Source of the DNA: an uncultured Gemmatimonadales bacterium
GTDB taxonomy: Bacteria > Gemmatimonadota > Gemmatimonadetes > Gemmatimonadales > GWC2-71-9
Length of the DNA: 64,000 nt
Direction: 5' to 3'
Assembly: GCA_963844035.1 (NCBI GenBank)
Contig: CAWJMT010000005.1
Coordinates: 160,001-224,000 of the forward strand
The translations under genes and the position numbers were made by a program. Of the stretch, positions 12,293-22,319 are shown one piece after another. How positions within the stretch are numbered: position 1 is the first letter of the stretch; every line of letters starts with the position of its first letter. Under the pieces are notes generated by a model. It ran no database searches, was not told the origin of the DNA, and saw nothing but the letters and a program-made list of their open reading frames with translations.

Positions 12293-12796
12293 TCAGACTC
12301 GGATCTGTGGAGGGTGCGCCCGGCGGGCCCGGATGAGCTTGTCGCGCAGCTTGGGGTGCACTTGCTGCACGTACGCGCTCATGACGGCGACCGCCAGTAC
12401 GTTCGCGCTAATGACCTCCCAGATGCTCAGGCCGCTCCACTGAGCGCCCTGCGCCAGATTTACGACCGCCACCGATTCCAACACGATCGCGGTCATCACC
12501 GCCAGCAGCAGAAACGACGGCCTCCGCTCCAGCTGTTCCGCGATGAAAACAAAAACCCAACCAGCCAGGATGAACGCGACGGTATGGACCACCGTGTACG
12601 AGGCGATGATGCGGAGCGTCGCGTCGACCGGCATCGGCGCGTTGCGTCCGCCGACCATCACGAGACCGAGCGCCAAGGGAGTTCGGAACGGACGCCCCGC
12701 CATCAGGTCGAGACCAAAGAACCAAGCCGCCACCGTCGCCGCTCCGAGGAGCCCTGCGATGGCGCCGCGCTTCAGAACTGAGCCGGATCGTGTCAT
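12293..12796 (-). CDS. Hypothetical membrane protein (about 4 TM)
   Basis: Hydrophobic segments; GAGG upstream of the ATG. Confidence 0.75.
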   Translation of the reverse strand: MTRSGSVLKRGAIAGLLGAATVAAWFFGLDLMAGRPFRTPLALGLVMVGGRNAPMPVDATLRIIASYTVVHTVAFILAGWVFVFIAEQLERRPSFLLLAVMTAIVLESVAVVNLAQGAQWSGLSIWEVISANVLAVAVMSAYVQQVHPKLRDKLIRARRAHPPQIRV

Positions 12797-12909
12797 GTCA
12801 CACCTCGGTTCTCCTCTCGGGCTCTAGCATCACGAGATCAGATCGTATCGTGTACCCGTTGATCTACCCGGCGGGCGCCGTGGCGTTGCGTGCCCCGGGG
12901 CGGTTGGGT

Positions 12910-12925
12910 TGTGACTCTTGTCACG
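12910..12925. promoter_or_regulatory. CRP/FNR-family-like box
   Basis: TGTGA-ctcttg-TCACG, one mismatch to TGTGA-N6-TCACA, in intergenic DNA. Confidence 0.45.
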
Positions 12926-13183
12926 AGCTTGTCGGGCACGCATCCTGATCCCCATGCAACTCCCCACCGTGGGATTTGTCGTCACCGGCGCGCTATGTGC
13001 GTCGAGCGGCACGCCGCCGGCGTCGGGGCCCTGGTGTGCTTCAAGCGGCTGGGGGGCGTCAAGCGGGATAGTGTGGCCAGGATCACCTGGCTCGAAGGCG
13101 AGGCGTTTCTACGGTTGCCCTAAACGACAAACGGCGAGCGTCCCTGTAGCGCTCGCCGCCTGTCTTCCCGAACCTCTACTCAA

Positions 13184-13639
13184 CTAGCGGATTGTGAAGT
13201 CGATCCGGAACACGTCCCGCACGAAGTAGTCGCTATCGAGCAGAACGATGTTGCCGCCGATGATCGCGTAGCGATAGCCACGCGGGGCCGGACCGTAGAG
13301 GCGCACCAGATCGCCGGGCAGCCAGTACATCCGGCTGTAGAACATGCGATCGAGCCGCGCGCCGCGACGCAGCCGGCGCTCCATGCTGGGCGACAGCCGA
13401 TCTCTGTGGCCCCAACCCCGCCCGAGGTGATTGCGGTTGCGGAAGTACCAATCACGCGTAACCTGGCGGTCCCGATCATCGAACTTCGGGTGATTCGAAC
13501 GGTTCCAATCGTCCTTGTGCTGCGAGCCGCGCTTGTCATCGTTCCAGTCGCGGCCGCGGTACTGCGCGGAAGCGGTGCTGCCGGACAATGCGAGCAATGC
13601 CAAGGCCAGCGCACCGGTTGCGATCAGTCGTCTGTTCAT
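13184..13639 (-). CDS. Exported RcnB-like protein
   Basis: Signal peptide; L.PAPRGYRY..IGG..VL motif; GGAGG Shine-Dalgarno. Confidence 0.7.
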   Translation of the reverse strand: MNRRLIATGALALALLALSGSTASAQYRGRDWNDDKRGSQHKDDWNRSNHPKFDDRDRQVTRDWYFRNRNHLGRGWGHRDRLSPSMERRLRRGARLDRMFYSRMYWLPGDLVRLYGPAPRGYRYAIIGGNIVLLDSDYFVRDVFRIDFTIR

Positions 13640-13914
13640 ACACCCTCCTGTCGAAGGACCTGCCGCATGGCAGTGTCTCTGGTTCGACGGCCTGTCCAAT
13701 GCGAGAACCGTGCCTTGTTTGGGCCATGGCCAGGAATTGAGAGGGAACGGTGACGCAGCGCCCTTCGACCGGTGATGTAGCGCACGTCCTGTGAGGCGGA
13801 GGCGTATCGGGCGGAGGACGCTGCGGTGACACCTCCAGAGGACGGGTGCAGTACCGAGGTGCACGAAGCAGCACTATGTTAGGGGTCCGGTTGCGAGATT
13901 TTGGTGCGGTTTGC

Positions 13915-13988
<74 letters not shown>

Positions 13989-13996
13989 CTGAAGGC

Positions 13997-14028
13997 AGGT
14001 GTCAGGTGCTAGGTGTTAGGTGTCAGGG
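13997..14028. repeat. AGGTG(T/C)(C/T) heptamer tandem
   Basis: caggtgtcaggtgctaggtgttaggtgtcagg. Confidence 0.65.
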
Positions 14029-14032
14029 CCTT

Positions 14033-14069
14033 GGCCCGCCCATCGCTGCGATCGGCGGGCTCTTTTTTT
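14033..14069 (+). terminator. Intrinsic terminator after tRNA-Ile
   Basis: gcccgcc...ggcgggc stem followed by a T7 run. Confidence 0.8.
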
Positions 14070-14082
14070 AACCGCCAATAGG

Positions 14083-14143
14083 GCAACCGGGGGGTTGCGC
14101 ATCTTGGGCCCCCTCGGCTATCATGCAACCGTGCAGTTGCATG
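14083..14143. promoter_or_regulatory. Two GCAAC-N6-GTTGC palindromes, probable ArsR operators
   Basis: Copy at 14083-14098 and CATGCAAC-N6-GTTGCATG at 14122-14143, upstream of SRPBCC-ArsR. Confidence 0.65.
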
Positions 14144-14174
14144 TTGGCAAGCCCGCAAACGAGGAGAATCTGAT

Positions 14175-14649
14175 ATGACGGCCACGGAGAGTCGGACCAA
14201 TACCGATCGCATCGAGAAGCGCGTCACGCTGCGCGTGCCGCGCTCCCGGGTGTGGCGCGCCCTCACCCGGGCGGAGGAGTTCGGCGCCTGGTTTGGCGCG
14301 AAGCTCGAGGGTGCGTTCGCCGAGGGAGCAACCGTGCGCGGCAAAATCACCATCAAGGGCTACGAGCATGTGATGCTGGAGATGCTCGTCGAACGGATCC
14401 AGCCCGAGCGGCTCTTCTCGTACCGGTGGCATCCCTACGCGGTTGACTCCAAGGTGGATTACTCGGCCGAGCCGACCACCCTCGTCGAGTTCCATCTGGA
14501 AGAGGTGCAGGGCAGTACGCTGCTCACGATCGTCGAGTCGGGGTTCGATCGCCTCCCGGCCTCGCGCCGCGCCGAGGCGTTCCGCATGAACGACGCGAGG
14601 GTGGACCGGGCAGGCGAAGAACCTGGAGCGGTATGTCACCACGGGCTAG
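14175..14649 (+). CDS. SRPBCC/Aha1-domain protein (frameshift ~14598)
   Basis: RVWRALT..EF..WFG, FSYRWHP and LTIVESGFD motifs. Confidence 0.9.
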
Positions 14650-14977
14650 CGCGGTCCGGCGCGCGGATCCGGCTCCCGTCTTCGCCGCGCTCGGCGACCG
14701 GACCCGCCTGCGTCTGGTCACGCGTCTGTGCGATGAGGGCCCGCTCTCGATCGCTCGCCTGAGCGACGGCGCCGGCGTCACCCGCCAGGCGGTCACGAAG
14801 CATCTCAACGCACTCGGCCGTGCCGGCGTGGTGCGTGGCGCGCGGCGGGGACGCGAGCGCATCTGGGAGCTCGAGCCCAAGCGCCTCCAGATGGCGAGCC
14901 GCTATCTCGACGAGGTCTCGGGGCAGTGGGACGCGGCGATCGATCGGCTGCGGGCGTTTCTGGAGGGCGAGTCCTGA
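14633..14977 (+). CDS. ArsR/SmtB family regulator
   Basis: FAALGD.TR, VTRQAVTKHL..L and GRER.W motifs. Confidence 0.92.
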   Translation: MSPRASAVRRADPAPVFAALGDRTRLRLVTRLCDEGPLSIARLSDGAGVTRQAVTKHLNALGRAGVVRGARRGRERIWELEPKRLQMASRYLDEVSGQWDAAIDRLRAFLEGES

Positions 14978-15002
14978 CCAAGGGACGCCGGGCGGCGCCG
15001 GC

Positions 15003-15940
15003 TCAGAACGCGATCGCTGCCGCGATCTGAAAGGAGTACCCGAGGAACGTCGACGAGCCCGCGAACTCCCCGAAGTACCGGGCGCCCACGCTCACCCTAC
15101 GAGGCGGCAGCAGCACGGTGAAGCCGGCGCCGAGCGCGTTGACCTGGTAGCGCGCGGCGGCCTGCTCCGGGGTCACCGCCGGCCCGCTCTTCGCCGTCGT
15201 TTGCCACTGGCTGTACCCCACGAGCGCGAGCTGCAGGCTCATGTCGGGTTGCAGCGGCACGGTGTGCGTCACGGAATAGTCGATGCTCAGCGTCTGACCG
15301 GGGTGAAGCTCGGTGCCCTCCTGCGTGCCGTGGAACTCGTAGATCTCGAAGGCCGAAAGGGCGGTGGTCTTGCTCTTCGACAGCCAGAAAGTCTCCCCGG
15401 CCGACAGCGTGTGCGTCCAGTAGCCGGAGCCGACATTGTCGCTCGCGCCGGCCTGGAACCGTCCCGTGGGGGCCAGGAATCCGTAGACCGCCTTGAGGTC
15501 CGCGCGGGGCAGCTGCCAGCCGAGGATGGCCACCTGGTAGTAGGAGTCGGCGAACCCGCCGCCCCCGCTCATCGCCCCTAGTTCGTCGGAGGAAAGCGAG
15601 TTGTTGGCGATGGGCAATGTTGCAGCCATGGAGAACTTCGCGTTGCCCAACGCGGTGAGCGGCTTGGCGCTCACCCACACGAAGGTATTCATGTCCATCA
15701 GGACCGAGTTCTGACCCGTGGCGAGCACCTCGCCGTCGGGGCCTACGGACTCATCACGCGCGTAGAACAGAAACGCGTTGACGTAGCTGAAGCCGGGCTG
15801 GGCCAGGACGCCCTGAGTTGATCGCGCTCATGCCGAGCGGGTACACGCCCGCGCACCTGCGCGACGCCCGGGACGGCGGGCAGCGCGGCGGCGCAGGCCA
15901 GCACCCCGGCCGTCCGGATCAGCGCGCGCGGCCATATCAA
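15003..15940 (-). CDS. Outer-membrane transporter, SphA/phenol-MetA-like (frameshifted)
   Basis: GFAD, APTGRF....NVG.GYW motifs; beta-strand pattern and terminal Phe. Confidence 0.75.
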
Positions 15941-16783
15941 GCGGGCCCGCTCGGCGTGTGGAGAGGAACCGCGAGAGCCCCATCAGCACCAGGAGTCCTG
16001 CCAGGGCCACGACCGTGATCATCACGACCACCTGGGGATCCGTGAAGTTCTGACCGCCGACGACGAGGGCCGCCGCGATGTTGCGCTGCGCGGTCCCGAG
16101 CCCGAGGACCCACCGCGTATCGAGGTCGGGCCCACCGAGCAGGTAGCCGACGCCGACGCCCCAGGCGAGAAACAGGACCCCTGCGAGGATCGCCCCGGTG
16201 CCGAACACCGCGACCACGTTGCTCGAGATTCGTGATGGTGATCAGCGACATCACGAGGATCAGGCTGATGTTGGCGATCCGATCGAGGGTCGGCTTCACG
16301 GCCGGCGGCCGCGGTCGCGTACCGCGCCTTCACCGCGAGCCCGACGCCGAGCGGAAGCAGCATGAGCAGGACGAGCGAGCGGGCGATCCGCGCAACGTCC
16401 ACCGAGACGCCGGCGAGCAGCATGGGCAAGACGAGCGGCATGTAGCCGATCGTGAGCACCATGAGCAGCACCATCAGGCCGACCGCGACGGCCTGGTTCG
16501 CTTTGGCCACGCTCGCGAGCTTGGGGAGAAACGGCGCCCCGGCCGCGGCTCCGAGCACCAGCAGTCCGGCGGCAGGGCCCGGCTCGAGGTGCAGCAGTCT
16601 CGCGAGCCCGATCGCTCCCAGCGGCATAGCCACGAAGTTGGCGAGCAGCGCGAGTGAGACGAGCCGCGCATTGCGCAGCGGCTCCACGATCTGGCGGACG
16701 GTGAGACTGAGGCCCATGGCGAGCATGCTGGACACCACAAACGCCAGCATCGCGATCGGGACGGCCTTACTCAGCAATTGCAT
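15937..16783 (-). CDS. Bile acid:sodium symporter family protein (frameshifted)
   Basis: MLAMGL, LLANFV..P, GAPFLPKL and QRNIAAA motifs. Confidence 0.85.
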
Positions 16784-16802
16784 CGGTATCTCCGACTGCC
16801 CG

Positions 16803-17819
16803 TCACTTCATGAGCGCGAGGTTGCGCCAGAAGTTGGCGAGGCTGTCCGTGCCGCCGAACAGCGTCGTGAAGTTGGTCGAATCGACGAGCAGGATGTGGC
16901 CGGCGCGCGGGGCCTTGGGCGGCATCCATAGCAAGGTTGTGAACTCCTTGTTGCCGGCCGCAATGAAGGGATGGGGCCGATCGAGGTCGACGGGCTGTCG
17001 TGCGAGCACTTGCACGGCCTTGCTCTCTCCGGCGGTCAGCTCGTAGTGCGGCAGGTGGGGGTGGAAGTTGAACGTGGTGACGTTCCGGAGCAGGCCGAGC
17101 GCGTCCAGGTCCCGAAACGCCGTCAGCGGTGCGATCTCTTTCGTGCCCTTCACCACCGCGGGCCGGAGCCCGTACTTGTTGGTGACGGGGACGTCGAGCG
17201 CTCGCATGAGCGAGCGGGTGTACTGGCCGAACCGCTGCTGACGCGGCACGAGCGGGTCGCCGTGGTGCTGGTACTCCACCTGCCGCTGTTGCATGTCGGC
17301 GGTGAAGCCGACGTCGTGATGGGGCGCGAGCAACAGGCACGTGCCCTCGCGCTTGAGCCATTCCTGGATCGCCGCGACCTCGTCCGCGGTGGCCTCCTGC
17401 TCGGACAAGAGGTGGTCGAGGCCGAAGACCATGAGCGTGTCGGTGTCGGCCAGGATCCGCTCGTCGATGGGCTGCCTGTAGCCCGCCTGATCGATGCGCT
17501 GGAACACCGCGACCGGGTGGCCGGTGGCTTCGCCGGCGAGCCCCTGGAAGCTGAGGGTGGAGCGGTGGAACAGCTCCAGCGTACCGGCAATGCCCTGGAG
17601 GAACTGCGCCGCGCTGTACTCCGGCGTCTCGTAGGCGGGCCAGAGCGCGTTGCGCACCTCGGTGATGGTGGAGAAGCGGTTTTCCATGGCCGCGGGATCG
17701 CGCTGCGCCTCCCACGGGTAGCTCCACGTCCAGTAGATGCTGATGCGCCGCTTGCCCTTCGCGTACTTCCGAGGGACGTGGCTCTGATTGTAGGTGCGTG
17801 CCTGCGGTAGCGTGCTCAT
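16803..17819 (-). CDS. Conserved hypothetical protein (in frame with the upstream DyP, no stop between)
   Basis: Long ORF with GC3-rich codons; LLLAPHHDVG and NFHPHLPH motifs. Confidence 0.8.
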   Translation of the reverse strand: MSTLPQARTYNQSHVPRKYAKGKRRISIYWTWSYPWEAQRDPAAMENRFSTITEVRNALWPAYETPEYSAAQFLQGIAGTLELFHRSTLSFQGLAGEATGHPVAVFQRIDQAGYRQPIDERILADTDTLMVFGLDHLLSEQEATADEVAAIQEWLKREGTCLLLAPHHDVGFTADMQQRQVEYQHHGDPLVPRQQRFGQYTRSLMRALDVPVTNKYGLRPAVVKGTKEIAPLTAFRDLDALGLLRNVTTFNFHPHLPHYELTAGESKAVQVLARQPVDLDRPHPFIAAGNKEFTTLLWMPPKAPRAGHILLVDSTNFTTLFGGTDSLANFWRNLALMK

Positions 17820-19147
17820 GCTGCAGTCCTTCCCCAGGGCGGCGAGGTACCGGAGGGCCTTCAGTCCCGGCAGAAAGAAATACGCGCCGCCGCGCACGGT
17901 GGTGAACGCCGGCAGACCCTTGATCGTCTTGCGGATCGGACGTTTCGGGATCTTGTACTCGAGCGTGCCGTCCTGCAGCCCGATGATCGGGTCGCGCTCG
18001 TTGCCGAGCTCGTGGAAGTTGCGGTCGTTGATCCACACGTTCTGCGCGAACTCGAATTGGCGGATCAGGCTCGCACAGATCACGAACGCGGCGATGCCGC
18101 GCTCCACGCCGTCGTCGGGCGCATTCTCGGGCAGCGCGGGGCCGTAGGTGGCGCCGCGGCGAATCATGCGGCGGCGGTTCATGTTGGCGGCCGTGTCGCG
18201 CGGGTTCATGCGGCGGATATGGGAGCCGAGCGGCACGGCGTAGCCGTGCGGGTCCATCTCTTTGTAGTTGAAATCGTTGTTCCGGTTCGGGTCGGCGCCG
18301 AGCGCGGGATCGTCGTGGTCCGGCGCGAGCACGAGCGGCGCGCCGCTGCGCCAGCGTCCCATGAGCTTCGCGGCCACGAGCTCCTGCTCCTCGGGCGTGT
18401 TCCCGTGTTGACGCAGGAACTCGCGGAAGGCGCCGACGTGCTCCTCCATGCGGCGATACGCCATGAAGCTGCCGTTGCGGGACAGGATCTCGGGCTGCGG
18501 CAGCAGGGCCGGGGGTCCGTCTTCGTCGGGGTAGCCGAGGATGAACTCCCCCGGCTTGAGCGGCGCGCCGGAGCCGGGCGTCGGCTCCTCGCCGCTGCCT
18601 TCAATGACCGGCTGCGAGAGCCGATCGCGATAGCCGAAGTGGTCGTGGGCGTAGTCGAACGGCGGCGTCCCTTCGAGGTCCAGCGCGGAGAGCACCTTCA
18701 CTCCCTGGCACCGCGGCGACGAGCTTCTCGTGCTCGCTCTGACACCGCCCGCGCTCGGCGGCGTCGCGCGCGAAGAGGATGACAATGGCATGCAGGTCGG
18801 GGCTCGCGAGGCCTCCCACCCACGTGGGCGGGGTCGTTCGCGCCCGTGTCGCCGAGCACCTCCGCGCGCGCCGCCATCCCCTGCTTGAACTCCTCCGGAA
18901 ACGTCGCGAGCGATGTCTCATCGACGCCGAGCGCGCGCAGCCCGTTCGCCGTGAAAGCGACGGTGACCCAGCGAGCGTCCTTCTCCACCGAGGCCCGGAC
19001 CTGGGCAGCCGACTGCACCTTCTCGAGAATGCCGCTCAGCCACTGCCGTCCGGCGGCGGCGTTTTGAAAGGAGAGAAACTCGTACCGTCCCGTGAGCGCG
19101 GGCACGCGGGTGAGGAGGATGTGCTGGATGTCGTCGAACTCGAGCAT
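17820..19147 (-). CDS. DyP-type heme peroxidase (frameshifts ~18710 and ~18830)
   Basis: HFGYRDRLSQP, GEFILGY, NGSF..YR, GSHIRRMNPR, RRG.TYG and QFEF motifs. Confidence 0.88.
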
Positions 19148-19163
19148 GCGAGACGCGCGCCGG

Positions 19164-19730
19164 CTACTGCATCTGGTCGAGCATGTCCGAGAACGCGGCC
19201 TTGAGCTTGAGCGCCTTCTTGATTTCGTCGGCGCTCACGTACGGGTACTCGCCGTACTCGAGGAAGCTGGGACGCTGATGCTCGCGCACGAACTTGATGA
19301 ACGCCGGCGTGTTCGTCTTCCAGTCTTCCGGAAAGCCGTCGAGGTTCTCGAACACCGTGTTGAGCCCGTACTTCGAGAACAGGGCCACGGCGTCCTCGGT
19401 GTACTTGTCGAAGTCCGTGTCGAAGATGCCCTGATACATGAAGTAGGTGTCCTTGCCGATGTCGAAGAGCACCCAGCGCAGGTAGTGCAGCTTGAGCACG
19501 GCGAGGCCGTCCGGCAGGCCGGCGATCGTCTTCTCGATCACGTTGCCGTACTCGCGGATGGCGGCTTCCCGACCGGGCTTGATCTTGGCGATGATGGTGA
19601 ACCCGTAGCAGGCCGGCGTCTTGGGGTAGATCGGCCCGTACCGACCCTGCTCGAGCTTGAAGTATCCCTCCTTCGGGATCGCCATGGCGGCGGGCTGGGT
19701 CCAGTCCTTTTTCTTCGGAGCCTCTGACAT
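19164..19730 (-). CDS. Hypothetical protein, first gene of the DyP operon
   Basis: Intact 188-aa ORF with strong codon bias; LHYLRW..F and FDTDFDKY motifs. Confidence 0.8.
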   Translation of the reverse strand: MSEAPKKKDWTQPAAMAIPKEGYFKLEQGRYGPIYPKTPACYGFTIIAKIKPGREAAIREYGNVIEKTIAGLPDGLAVLKLHYLRWVLFDIGKDTYFMYQGIFDTDFDKYTEDAVALFSKYGLNTVFENLDGFPEDWKTNTPAFIKFVREHQRPSFLEYGEYPYVSADEIKKALKLKAAFSDMLDQMQ

Positions 19731-19840
19731 GGTGGTGCGCCTCTGGTGGTTGGGGGCCAGGGCGCAAGCTCATCTGGGCACGGGGGGCGGTGGTATTGGA
19801 CGAAAGGGCGATACAGACGAGGCGGGATTGCAGGAGGGAA

Positions 19841-20554
19841 CTACCGGCCGAAGTGATACCGGAGGCCCACGCGAGCACCCCCGTCGAATTCCTCCTTGGA
19901 GTTCCGCCATGAGGCGCCGAGCGACAGGTCCATGCGCGCAGCAATGGGAGCCTCAAGTTCGCCGAACACGCCACCCCCGAACCCCGACTCGTCGGAATAG
20001 GGGCTGGCGCTGAGCCCGGCGAACCAGCGCGTCCCGTGGTGCATGCCCTGATTGAATCCGACGCCGATCCGGAGCACGTCGCCGGTCGTGCCCATCGCTG
20101 TGGTCGGGTAGAACGTATCGGCCCGGAAGTGGAAACGGTCGCGACTGCCGAGCCGGAGATAGAGTGACGGAACGGCGCCCGTGATGCCCCCGCCGTTGAT
20201 GTCCTCAAACTGCACCGATGCGATCCCTACGCCCACCCCGACGATCCTTGCCTCGAGGGCTGCCTGCGCGCCGCCCCATCCCGTGTGACCACCGCGTTGC
20301 GTCAGGAAGCCGCCAAACGCCGAGAAGCGGGCGGTGCCGGAGGGCCGGAAATCGAGCTGGGCGCCACCGGCGTTGAACGGCACTGGATTTGTGCTGAGCA
20401 CGTCCCCCTCGCAGCTCAGCGAACGGTTCTCGAACTGGCCACCGCCCCAACCCAAACCGAGCTGGAACTTGCCTGTCGAATCGGGGCCGACCGAGACGGG
20501 TGCCACCTGCCAGGCGAGCAGGAGCAACGGGCCCTTGAAGGTTGCAAGGCGCAT
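19841..20554 (-). CDS. Hypothetical exported/outer-membrane beta protein
   Basis: Signal-like N-terminus, Gly/aromatic strands, ends GLRYHFGR. Confidence 0.6.
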   Translation of the reverse strand: MRLATFKGPLLLLAWQVAPVSVGPDSTGKFQLGLGWGGGQFENRSLSCEGDVLSTNPVPFNAGGAQLDFRPSGTARFSAFGGFLTQRGGHTGWGGAQAALEARIVGVGVGIASVQFEDINGGGITGAVPSLYLRLGSRDRFHFRADTFYPTTAMGTTGDVLRIGVGFNQGMHHGTRWFAGLSASPYSDESGFGGGVFGELEAPIAARMDLSLGASWRNSKEEFDGGARVGLRYHFGR

Positions 20555-20623
20555 GGGGTCCTATGATGTGCCTGAAAGCACTGTGGACACAAGAACCCGC
20601 CCTGGGACCAAGCCCAAGGCGGG

Positions 20624-21018
20624 CTACATACAGGCGGGATCTTCCTCGTGCTCCTCGCAGTAGCTGGGATCCGGGCCGCCGTCCGGCCCACCGCCGGTGA
20701 GCGCGTAGGCCATGCCACCGAACCCGACCGCGATCGCGCTCACCAGCAGGACCGTTCGCGAGGTCGCCGGCCGCTCCACCTGTATCTGCTTGACGAGGTG
20801 GCCGGGAGCTCCTCGTACGCCCCGTTGATGTAGCCCACGACGGTGTCACCGACGACCTGCGGGTCGGAGATGATGACCACCGATTGATCGCTCTGCGTTA
20901 GCCAGGCGCGTTCGGGCCTAATGGCATTCAATTCGTCCAGGGTCACCGGCTTTACGGTATGGCACGCCACGCCCGCCAGCGCGGTGAGGAGCAGGGCACA
21001 AGTCCACGTCGGACGCAT
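20624..21018 (-). CDS. Hypothetical lipoprotein (frameshifted)
   Basis: MRPTWTCALLLTALAGVAC lipobox; GGAGG upstream. Confidence 0.6.
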
Positions 21019-21130
21019 CGCTACACCTCCGGAATCGAAGACTGGATCACTCTCGCTCGTAGGTTGGCAGGAGCACGCTGGGATTTCAAGGGAGGGTCGA
21101 TCGAGCGAATCGGCTGGTTCGGGGTAGAGG

Positions 21131-21533
21131 ATGAACGTGCGTATGCGCACCCTTCCTCTTGCTTCGTTGATGTTCGTCTCGCTGCTCGGCTGCGCCGACC
21201 AGCCGATCGTCGCTTGCACAGAGTTGTTCGCGATGGTGCCGCTCACCGTACTGACCCAGGCTGGCGCCCCGGTGCCGGGACTGGCCATTTCGGCCACAAC
21301 CCTGCGCACGGGGCAGAGCTTCGGCGTCCCTCAGCAGATCGGGATCGGCGAGCCAGGGGAGTACGTCGTGTTTGACGACGGGCTACACGCTCGGATCCGC
21401 GCGAGCGGCGACTGCCGTGCGCGTCACGGGTTCGGATGCCGCACCGCGGTTCACCGCGGATTTCGTGTTCGATATTCCCGACGGGTGTCACGTGCGGAAG
21501 GTGGCCGGGCCGGACACGGTCCGGGTGCCTTGA
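21131..21533 (+). CDS. Hypothetical lipoprotein (frameshift ~21415)
   Basis: LLGC lipobox; CTE.F motif. Confidence 0.6.
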
Positions 21534-21626
21534 GCGAGCGCCATCGAATGGCGATCTAATGTCACGACACTGATCCACACGCGCAGGGTCCAGATTCTCC
21601 CGAGAGCGCAATTCGAAGCAAATCTG

Positions 21627-21720
21627 TGCATAAATTGCATGATATTAGTTACGTTCTGCAGATAGTCATAGCTATCGTAGTGTAGGACGTTGACAAATTC
21701 GTGCACGATTTGCATATTAT
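21627..21720 (+). promoter_or_regulatory. Sigma70-like promoter with two TGCA-N5-TGCA boxes upstream of the P-II gene
   Basis: TTGACA at 21690-21695, CATATT/TATTAT at 21713-21720; boxes at 21627-21639 and 21702-21714; AT-rich stretch. Confidence 0.55.
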
Positions 21721-21822
21721 TTGCGAGTCGACGCTGTTCGGTGGCAGGTCGGGGTCGATCGCATCGGTGTGATTGCTACCAGCACCGTGCTGGCTGGGGC
21801 GAAGGGTCAAATCGGAGGGGCC

Positions 21823-22218
21823 ATGAAACTGATCACCGCCGTAGTTCGCCCTGAAAGCCTGCCGCAGGTGAAGGCGGCCTTGTTTCGCGCGGGAGTTACG
21901 GGGATCACGATCAGCCGCGTGAGTGGGCACGGCGGTGAGCGCGAGCTGCTCGAAACCTATCGCGGGACGACCGTGGTGCTGGAATTCAAAGAGAAGGTGC
22001 GCCTCGAGATGGCGTGCTCCGAGCCATTCGTGGAGCCTACCATCAAGGCCATCCTCTCTTCGGCGCGAACCGGTGAAGTAGGGGATGGAAAGATCTTCGT
22101 GCAGCCGCTCGAGCGGGTCATCCGGATTAGAACAGGAGAACAAGACAACGCGGCCCTCACCGCGGTGAATGCAACGGCTGTCCAACAACGCGCAATAGTA
22201 GACGAAATGACGAGATAG
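21823..22218 (+). CDS. Nitrogen regulatory protein P-II (GlnB/GlnK family)
   Basis: MKLITAVVRP, YRG, TGEVGDGKIFV and RIRTGE motifs. Confidence 0.95.
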   Translation: MKLITAVVRPESLPQVKAALFRAGVTGITISRVSGHGGERELLETYRGTTVVLEFKEKVRLEMACSEPFVEPTIKAILSSARTGEVGDGKIFVQPLERVIRIRTGEQDNAALTAVNATAVQQRAIVDEMTR

Positions 22219-22319
22219 TCGGCCGGCGGGGATGGGGGGAGGGTGTGTATTGGACGTGCGCAATCTTCCCCCTCCCTGCGCGGCGCGAGGTGCTCCTCCC
22301 GGGCCGTTAGATTGGCCCC

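Noticed and set aside
21700..21715. Sigma54 promoter or NtrC site
   Set aside because: No GG at -24 with correct spacing to the GC; half-site spacing does not match NtrC.
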